A DNA stretch of 64,000 nt from Ylistrum balloti (lineage: Eukaryota): assembly GCF_031769215.1 (NCBI RefSeq), contig NW_026782034.1, positions 434,001 to 498,000 on the forward strand, written 5' to 3'. The number at the start of each line of letters is the position of its first letter. Position 1 is the first letter of the stretch. A program made the translations under genes and the position numbers. Below, piece after piece: positions 55,601-64,000 of the stretch. The notes under the pieces were generated by a model, which ran no database searches, was not told where the DNA came from, and worked only from the letters and a program-made list of their open reading frames with translations.

Positions 55601-58600
55601 CACATCTATAGAAACATCTGTAAGAGAGTGTATAAATCATAGGCTTGTTTTTCATGTCATTCTGCTGACCTTTTTTAAGGTCACCTGAAGGCATTTATCT
55701 TCCTGGGCTGGTCACACCAATATCATGATTCCTTACTTAGGTCAGTAATACAAATTATATTCCCTAATAAGGTCAAGTCAATGCCATATTTCATAATTCA
55801 AGTTTAGATTAAACCATGTTTCCTAATTTAACACTGAATGAAGGTCACGATTCCTACGTCTGATTGCTGGTTATCACTGCCTGTGTTGTTCGTGTTACGT
55901 ACCAAGCTTTTTAGGAACCCAGTCCTCCCCAACTGTAAATTTCTTAAGCTGTACCATCAAATAATCGGGAAATGAAGAAAGACGTGTGGTTCTGAAAATG
56001 AAATAGGATTCTCAGTCTTCGAAGTAGCATCTTCAAACAATATATTTTTTCAAGGGTTATGGTAATAGGAATTTGTCTTATCATAATAAACTGCATACCT
56101 TTTCTACTAATTGCATTTAATTCACTTCAATGTTGATGTGAGGGTTACAGAGAACTAATTACAATGTATCTCTAAGGGATCAAAGAAACATTTCTGTCAA
56201 AACCTTAAGCAGTGTAAAATGTTTTTTTATTTCTTACTTCCTTGCTGTACATTTTCCTTTCAGTGCAGAACTGTAAAAGTCATCAACAATTTCTTCAGCT
56301 TGGAAACAATGTAGGCAAGCAGACAAAGGAATTCTGGGTCGCACAAGCTCTTTAGGATCCCTGTCATTAATAAATGTTAAATTCATTAAGTCTAAGCAGT
56401 TATTTTTTTATTTTTGATCAGAAATTAAATATACACCTTCTAAGAACCATGCTTTTCCCTTATTCATTTAAATCATTGTTTTTAATTGTTTTCGATTCTC
56501 TTTTATCAATACATTAAATAAAAGACCTGCTAAAAATCCTGATAAGACTGTAGACTTCAGAAATAAAAGAACTTGAACTTAATCTGTCTAATTTTTAATA
56601 AGCATTTGATATATGTACAGATGTAAATCAAAATAATTTTTAATCATTACATTAAAAAAAGTATTACATAAACTTTTAAAACACCCTCGTTTAATGTGAC
56701 ACAATAAATAGACACCAAAGTAACAATTAGACTTACATTCTTTTTCCTTCTGCTTCTACTTCCTTCTTCTTTGCTTCATACTGTTTCACCTCATCTGTTA
56801 ACAAACAGTTACACATCATCACATACTGTGTCACCTCATCTGTTAACAAACAGTTACACATCATCACATACTGTTTCACCTCATCTGTTAACAAACAGTT
56901 ACACATTATCACATACTGTGTCACCTCATCTGTTAACAAACAGTTACACATCATCACATACTGTGTCACCTCATCTGTTAACAAACAGTTACACATCATC
57001 ACATACTGTGTCACCTCATCTGTTAACAAACAGTTACACATCATCACATACTGTGTCACCTCATCTGTTAACAAACAGTTACACATCATCACATACTGTG
57101 TCACCTCATCTGTTAACAAACAGTTACACATCATCACATACTGTGTCACCTCATCTGTTAACAAACAGTTACACATCATCACATACTGTGTCACCTCATC
57201 TGTTAACAAACAGTTACACATCATCACATACTGTGTCACCTCATCTGTTAACAAACAGTTACACATCATCACATACTGTGTCACCTCATCTGTTAACAAA
57301 CAGTTACACATCATCACATACTGTGTCACCTCATCTGTTAACAAACAGTTACACATCATCACATACTGTGTCACCTCATCTGTTAACAAACAGTTACACA
57401 TCATCACATACTGTGTCACTCATGTTACACATCATCACATAACATCTGTTCACCTCATCTGTGTTCTGTTAACAAACAGTTACACATCATCACATACTGT
57501 GTCACCTCATCTGTTAACAAACAGTTACACATCATCACATACTGTGTCACCTCATCTGTTAACAAACAGTTACACATCATCACATACTGTGTCACCTCAT
57601 CTGTTAACAAACAGTTACACATCATCACATACTGTGTCACCTCATCTGTTAACAAACAGTTACACATCATCACATACTGTGTCACCTCATCTGTTAACAA
57701 ACAGTTACACATCATCACATACTGTGTCACCTCATCTGTTAACAAACAGTTACACATCATCACATACTGTGTCACCTCATCTGTTAACAAACAGTTACAC
57801 ATCATCACATACTGTGTCACCTCATCTGTTAACAAACAGTTACACATCATCACATACTGTGTCACCTCATCTGTTAACAAACAGTTACACATCATCACAT
57901 ACTGTTTCACCTCATCTGTTAACAAACAGTTACACATCATCACATACTGTGTCACCTCATCTGTTAACAATTCAAACAGTTACACATCATCACATACTGT
58001 GTCACCTCATCTGTTAACAAACAGTTACACATCATCACATACTGTGTCACCTCATCTGTTAACAAACAGTTACACATCATCACATACTGTGTCACCTCAT
58101 CTGTTAACAAACAGTTACACATCATCACATACTGTGTCACCTCATCTGTTAACAAACAGTTACACATCATCACATACTGTGTCACCTCATCTGTTAACAA
58201 ACAGTTACACATCATCACATACTGTGTCACCTCATCTGTTAACAAACAGTTACACATCATCATCTGTTAACACATACTGTGTCACCTCATCTGTTAACAA
58301 ACAGTTACACATCATCACATACTGTGTCACCTCATCTGTTCACAAACAGTTACACATCATCACATACTGTGTCACCTCATCTGTTAACAAACAGTTACAC
58401 ATCATCACATACTGTGTCACCTCATCTGTTAACAAACAGTTACACATCATCACATACTGTGTCACCTCATCTGTTAACAAACAGTTACACATCATCACAT
58501 ACTGTGTCACCTCATCTGTTAACAAACAGTTACACATCATCACATACTGTGTCACCTCATCTGTTAACAATTCAAACAGTTACACATCATCACATACTGT

Positions 58601-61600
58601 TTCACCTCATCTGTTAACAAACAGTTACACATCATCACATACTGTGTCACCTCATCTGTTAACAAACAGTTACACATCATCACATACTGTGTCACCTCAT
58701 CTGTTAACAAACAGTTACACATCATCACATACTGTGTCACCTCATCTAACAAACAGTTACACATCATCACCTCATCTGTTAACAAACATACACATCAACA
58801 CATCATCACATACTGTGTCACCTCATCTGTTAACAAACAGTTACACATCATCACATACTGTGTCACCTCATCTGTTAACAATTCAAACAGTTACACATCA
58901 TCACATACTGTGTCACCTCATCTGTTAACAATTCAAACAGTTACAACAAACAGTTACACATCATCACATACTGTGTCACCTCATCTGTTAACAAACAGTT
59001 ACACATCATCACATACTGTGTCACCTCATCTGTTAACAAACAGTTACACATCATCACATACTGTGTCACCTCATCTGTTAACAAACAGTTACACATCATC
59101 ACATACTGTGTCACCTCATCTGTTAACAAACAGTTACACATCATCACATACTGTGTCACCTCATCTGTTAACAAACAGTTACACATCATCACATACTGTG
59201 TCACCTCATCTGTTAACAAACAGTTACACATCATCACATACTGTGTCACCTCATCTGTTAACAAACAGTTACACATCATCACATACTGTTCATCTGTTAA
59301 CACCTCATCTGTTAACAATTCAAACAGTTACACATCATCACATACTGTGTCACCTCATCTGTTAACAAACAGTTACACATCATCACATACTGTGTCACCT
59401 CATCTGTTAACAAACAGTTACACATCATCACATACTGTGTCACCTCATCTGTTAACAAACAGTTACACATCATCACATACTGTGTCACCTAATCTGTTAA
59501 CAAACAGTTACACATCATCACATACAAACAAAACAGCCTTTTTAAATGTTTTTATGGCAAACTATAACAAATTAACTATTTACACATTTATTAAAATTGG
59601 ATAGAACACTAAAATCAGTAACCACACTGAACATACATCCTTAGGTCAGCTGAAGTTTGATTCCTGCTCATTTCACTTTATAAATAAAATGTTAACCAAA
59701 TCAGAAGATTTACCATTATGCAGTGAATGGTGACCCACAACATTTAGATGAAAACATGACAAATATGACATGACAAGAATGGAGAAGTGATCCTTGACAT
59801 ACACCGTCTCACCTTCATGATATATGATACACACCTTTGTTATTGGCAGCCTCCACAGGTACAGGTAGTGCCAGACAATAGTCACACCTGTTCGTATATT
59901 TCACTTTATGACTCTGCATACATTCTACTCTCTCCTCCACTTGGAACTTCATACTTCCTGTTGGATTGACCTGCCCCCCAGTATTTCTCTGAAAAATGCA
60001 CATTTTCTAAAATAGACACCTCAGGTATTTCTAAACAAGCCCTTCGTTGCTGGAATGCAACAAACTCAGATTTAACTATATGATTTATATATGCTTTCTC
60101 AGCAAAGGTAGTGTCCACCTGTGCAGGATTGAATGGCGTAAGTACAAATGTATTTGATTGGAGTTGTTATTGTTTTGTTGTTTTGATGAATAAACAGTTA
60201 AAAGAAAAAGTAGAAATTTCTTTATTTCTGTTTAATTACTGCCATTTCATATAACAGATTAAATATATATGCGTGCGTGCGTGTGTGTGTGCATGTGCAT
60301 GTGTAATGTTTATAACTGTCTATATGTATTCAAGATATAGTACAGCAGAATCGCCATTGTACCTCATATCTACACATATTTTGACAGTTGGTAACCAGGT
60401 TTACAAAAAGATACAGAATAAGTGATAAACAAAGCCTCTGACTGGTCCATCAGTAACATAAACGTTTACCTCTGTGAGGTTTAAGACCAGAACATGCATC
60501 ACATGCATATCATCATGAATTGATAGGTATTACTTCTCATTACAGTAAGTATAAATCTATTGCCTTTTCATTCCAATGAAAACTAACATCTCTGCTGATT
60601 TCCTCCAATGAAAAGGGAGAACACAGATCATCTTATCATGTTTACCAATCAAAAAGACTGATACAAATACATGTATTCAAATATTTTTCTTTTATGTAGC
60701 TAATATTTTAGTATTTTACTACTTAATCATGCAAGAAACAGAAACATTAAACACACTTGTGAAGCACATTTTTTGTTACTGAAGACTCTGATAAATCATA
60801 CATATACTAACCTCAATAAGGTTTATTAAATGCAAGAGGAATTCTTGTGCATCCTGTTGACGTTTGGTAGAAAACTCTGGATGGCCTTGTCCAATAAGTG
60901 TTTTAAACATCTGTGGACGTACACCTGTTGGTGGCTGTAAATCATATAAACAGTAATTCATTTCTATAGGTTTTAATGTCACAGGTTTTAAATAGTTTCA
61001 TGTGTATTACATCAAATGGTAATGTACTTCTGTAGCCTTTCAGGTTTTAAGTTGTAAGTAATCCTGTCCATTTCTTTGTTGTTGGATTGTTCATCCATGT
61101 AGTCTAACATCATTTTCATCTATTCATCATAAAAAACATTTCCTATTCATAGTAACAGTGACCTTGGCCATTGACCTTTGGATATGAAAAGCAATACCAA
61201 GCAAGCACTTATGATAAGGAAGCACTGTATGAAGTTTGAGTCTGATTGTCTATATTGAACTCAATTTATTGCTAAAAACCTTTGTGCGGACCATGGCGCT
61301 GACATAGTTATACCTGTATGTCGCCTTTGGCAGGTGACACAAAAAACAGGTGTTCAAAAGTGTATGAGAAATGTTAGCATGGTCTCTAACGTTCGATACA
61401 TGTAGTTTGACAATACAATTGACATAACAAGACAATGCCATTTTTATATCTGTCGCTTCACTTTCTATGCTGTTATCTGGTAAAAATTGCTTACAAAACT
61501 GTTTTCTGATCCCAAATTAAAGAGATCCCGAAATGTAGAGGGAAGAAATTTAATGAAAACCAACCTATACAAGATACACTTCAGTACCTAGAGAGCAATG

Positions 61601-63697
61601 TCCTGATTAGGGGCAGTGATCAGTGGAAAATACTTATAATCATGTTTTTTTCTTTCCAAATTTCTTTTTTATAAATGAAGTGATGAAAATCAGTAGATAT
61701 CAGTTGGTACTTATATAAACACTGATTTCTCCGCAGAAAAATGTGAAAAAATGCTAATGATCAGATGAGATATAAGGATAGTACCATGCAGTTGAAGATT
61801 TCCTTCACACAAAATAAGCCATAGTATTATGCACTTTTAAATAGTATTAGGTAAGTATTGATGAGTATTTTATGAAAGGTCTGAAAGCTACTTACCAGTA
61901 TGTTTTCACTGACATCCTCTGGTGGCGGTTTAGAGTACTCTCCACTGTTAAGGCCGAGTCCTAACTTGGCCCTAAAAATACCAATAATAAACATACCACA
62001 TACTATATATACAAGCACCGTGGTCTAGTGGTAGGACATTGCGATAGTGATGGAATGGTCACTAGTTAATTTCTGACATGGATACCTTGCTGTATCTGAG
62101 GACAATATACTTTTATTCTAGATTTGTTACAGAGGACTCAACTGTAATATTGTCTACAAGACATTAGTGCCTAATGGCAGCTCTGGCTGTATACTCCCCA
62201 GAGAAGATTACGTCTAGTAGCAAGAGCAAGCTGTCAACCAAGTCTTCTTCAAAATACAGGAGGAATATAGGAATATTTTTTCAACAGATCTAGGAGTTTT
62301 TTGCTAGTTTTGAGGCAAAATAGTGGAGTTTTCCAAACGAAAATCCTTTCAATCAAAGTCATTTATACTAACAATTCTTATGCATAGCAAATCATAATCT
62401 GAATGGGCACCTAAAAGGCCAATAACATGTTGTACTGCCTTACAAGGTGCCCATACAGGTGATAAAGAGATGCACTGAATCATGTTCTGGTGGCTGGTGA
62501 TGCTGGTGATGCTGTTACTTACAAATTCTCTAACTTGTAAAATAAAGAAGCCAAAAGCAGTATCAAAGAAATGTTTACAATCTCTACATTTATTGGTGAA
62601 AAAATTCCTGAAAAATATAGGAATACTTTTCAAAAAATAGGAAAATATACTAAATAAAGGTCTTTGAACCAAAGTATAGGAAAATATAGTAATAAAGGAA
62701 TTGGTTGACAGCCTGCAAATGGTCTGATAACCATGGACATTAATGGTAATTTGTGAACTATTTTGAGATAGCCTTGTTACTGTAATAAAGAGGTATGTAA
62801 AACCTTGTTATCTATAGAGTTCCTTACTTTTGAATGAATGCAAATATGCGTGCTGAGTTTAGTATTGTCTTTGGTCTATTTTTTATTAAGCTACTGAAAC
62901 CATTAAGGGAATGCTATACTAACATATACATGAGTTTACCATAGTACTGGAGGGATTACTCACATCTGTACTACAAAGTCGCTGGATGGGTCCTCTGAGG
63001 CACACTGGAAAATGTCTACAGCATTGTCACAGTACCTGTGGAACACAATAATAAGGCTTTTATTTCTCAGCTATAAAGGGAAAATCTCAAACAAACAAAC
63101 AATAAACTACCACTTCTTCTGTAACCCATATCTACACAATAACCATTTCTCTGTATCATGATCCATCTATATAAAACAACTCCCATCCTTTGTACAAAAA
63201 ACTTCTGCAATTAAACAACCCCTTTCTTTGTACACGAACCCACCTCTATAAAACAACCCCTCCCTCTGTGCAAAACCCACCGTAATACAACATGCCCTTA
63301 TTCTAGACACAAACCCATCTAAATAAAACAACCCTTCCTTTGAACAACCCACTTATATACAACTTCTCCCTTCTGGAGAATAACCCACTTTTATACCAAA
63401 ACATTTTCCTCTGAACAACAACCCACCTCTCTACAAAGCTCCTCTCTCCATATGACAACCCCTTCCTCTCTTCGACAACTATTTCCTCTCTGGAACAACC
63501 TACCTCTGTACAAAGTCTGGTATGGTGAATAGAACCTGCATCACAGAGTTCATGTAGCAACTGTTACCAAGGTTACGCATGCCTGTGTATCCTGGACCAT
63601 ACAATGGAGTTAGCTTGCTTCCAGCTTCCTGGATTACGTCCCACTCTCCAATCTTCTGGTTCAAATCAATTTCCATCTCTACCATTGTCTTGTCTGT
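52523..63697 (-). CDS. USP5: ubiquitin carboxyl-terminal hydrolase 5/13 (isopeptidase T), 13 C-terminal exons; 5' exons lie beyond the window
   Basis: Spliced translation contains [16 protein letters not shown] (Cys box), [28 protein letters not shown], two UBA domains ([22 protein letters not shown]) and [16 protein letters not shown]...WVIFNDEKV (His box). All borders are GT-AG with consistent phases. Invertebrates usually have a single USP5/13 orthologue. Confidence 0.96.
52768..52990. repeat. 31-bp minisatellite, about 7 copies
   Basis: aacctacataactattctgtta(t/g)aagttctt. Confidence 0.9.
53504..53636 (-). CDS. USP5: USP5 exon, 133 nt, [14 protein letters not shown]...FRDGRE
   Basis: Acceptor tttatgttcattag, donor A|gtatgt; end of UBA2. 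Confidence 0.93.
54010..54306 (-). repeat. 22-bp minisatellite derived from an exon end plus 5' splice site, about 13 copies
   Basis: Sense unit acactcaaggtcaca|gtatgta versus authentic gcactcaaggccacg|gtaagat. Confidence 0.85.
54292..54428 (-). CDS. USP5: USP5 exon, 137 nt, (D)FSSPFTPPG...QAIKALKAT
   Basis: Acceptor ctttatgtctaactccag, donor ACG|gtaaga; start of UBA2. Confidence 0.93.
54866..55009 (-). CDS. USP5: USP5 exon, 144 nt, UBA1 (V)[17 protein letters not shown]...EHMGDP
   Basis: Acceptor gttttctgtag, donor G|gtaagt. Confidence 0.95.
55510..55617 (-). CDS. USP5: USP5 exon, 108 nt, (D)[10 protein letters not shown]...[14 protein letters not shown]
   Basis: Acceptor cactctcttacag, donor G|gtaaac. 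Confidence 0.93.
55903..55991 (-). CDS. USP5: USP5 exon, 89 nt, (K)[29 protein letters not shown]
   Basis: Acceptor cctatttcattttcag, donor G|gtacgt. Confidence 0.95.
56238..56360 (-). CDS. USP5: USP5 exon, 123 nt, (M)[15 protein letters not shown]...KGKCTAR
   Basis: Acceptor catttattaatgacag, donor AA|gtaaga. Confidence 0.93.
56737..56794 (-). CDS. USP5: USP5 exon, 58 nt, (D)[18 protein letters not shown]
   Basis: Acceptor tgtttgttaacag (last unit of the 45-bp array), donor AT|gtaagt. Phases 1 and 2 fit both neighbours; matches the EELLEYEEKK-like helix of USP5. Confidence 0.88.
56778..59523 (-). repeat. 45-bp minisatellite made of the exon's 3' splice site and first bases, about 60 copies
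   Basis: Sense unit gtatgtgatgatgtgtaactgtttgttaacag|atgaggtgacaca. It fills about 90% of the 3040-nt intron 56795-59834. Confidence 0.97.
59835..59988 (-). CDS. USP5: USP5 exon, 154 nt, RNTGGQVNP...VEERVEC...[10 protein letters not shown]
   Basis: Acceptor tgcatttttcag, donor G|gtgtgt. Confidence 0.92.
60812..60934 (-). CDS. USP5: USP5 exon, 123 nt, [11 protein letters not shown]...[16 protein letters not shown]
   Basis: Acceptor tttatatgatttacag, donor GAG|gttagt. Confidence 0.95.
61150..61346 (-). mobile_element. HINE-like element, 5' part
   Basis: Minus strand starts tttttgtgtcacct-gccaa-aggcgaca (terminal hairpin after a T run). Internal gtgaccttggccattgacc motif. Confidence 0.45.
61896..61971 (-). 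CDS. USP5: USP5 exon, 76 nt, (M)[25 protein letters not shown]
   Basis: Acceptor ggtatttttag, donor CTG|gtaagt. Confidence 0.94.
62014..62205 (+). mobile_element. decayed tRNA-derived SINE
   Basis: A-box TGGTCTAGTGG at 62021-62031, B box degraded. The downstream gcctaatggcagctctggctgtatactcccca resembles conserved SINE central domains (from memory). Confidence 0.45.
62964..63035 (-). CDS. USP5: USP5 exon, 72 nt, (R)[23 protein letters not shown]
   Basis: Acceptor tattgtgttccacag, donor AT|gtgagt. Confidence 0.92.
63120..63515 (-). repeat. old 36-40-bp tandem array derived from an exon end plus donor, about 9-10 decayed copies
   Basis: The aaccca(c/t) motif recurs every 36-40 nt. Copy 63417-63438 is 20/22 identical to the junction 63494-63515. 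Confidence 0.7.
63504..63697 (-). CDS. USP5: USP5 exon, 194 nt, [19 protein letters not shown]...[10 protein letters not shown]...PDFVQ (catalytic Cys)
   Basis: Acceptor aaaactttcag (short pyrimidine tract), donor AG|gtaggt. Confidence 0.95.
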
Positions 63698-64000
63698 CTG
63701 AAAGTTTTTTCTCCATGTGTCAGTCAAGTGAATTTTTAATGTCATGAAAAGCATAATTCTGGTGGTATACATGTAGGTTTTAATTTGATATCAAATTACA
63801 ATTAATTTTCTATAAGGTCAGCCAATTTCATTTCAAATTTTTAGAATGGACAGTCCATGGATTCATTTGCTATTTTTGAGATTGATCAGTCCAGGAAATT
63901 TGCGTTATTGGGCAGAATTCAACTTACTGTGTCAAAATGAATATTCTATTAATATTAACATTGTTGCTGACCTGATTCAATCATGAATAAACAAGCAAGG

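Noticed and set aside
1375-59523. Regular arrays as CRISPR loci
   Set aside because: Units are contiguous near-identical monomers with no unique spacers, there are no cas genes, and the context is eukaryotic introns.
56771-59604. Plus-strand [15 protein letters not shown] repeat ORFs
   Set aside because: Antisense reading of the 45-bp array; only the minus-strand frame connects to USP5.
62014-62090. tRNA gene
   Set aside because: The A box is present but the B box and cloverleaf stems are missing; better explained as a SINE head.

Overview
AT-rich, intron-rich animal genomic DNA, not prokaryotic. The dispersed repeats look like bivalve-mollusc elements, but that taxon call is an inference. 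Two spliced protein-coding genes lie head-to-tail on the minus strand. (1) The 3' two-thirds of USP5/USP13 (isopeptidase T): 13 exons from 63697 down to the stop at 52523, all with GT-AG borders and consistent phases, covering the catalytic Cys box, both UBA domains and the His box. (2) The 5' part of an SH2D5-like PTB-domain adaptor: coding exons at 45259-45516, 15871-15951 and 5470-5544, separated by 29.3 kb and 10.3 kb introns and continuing left of the window. About 19 kb (about 30%, summing approximate spans) is tandem minisatellite, each array with its own unit; nearly all long ORFs in the supplied track are artefacts of these arrays. The most notable signal is that several arrays are amplified exon-intron junctions. 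A 45-bp unit containing the 3' splice site and the start of USP5 exon 56737-56794 is repeated about 60 times, in frame. Donor-plus-exon-end units are repeated behind two other USP5 exons, with different degrees of decay. Other arrays carry consensus donor motifs, some antisense to the host gene. Also present: pearl/HINE-like non-autonomous elements, SINE-like relics, a 92-bp TA-flanked mini-MITE and a ~200-bp foldback element. All coordinates and counts were read by eye; no database search was run.
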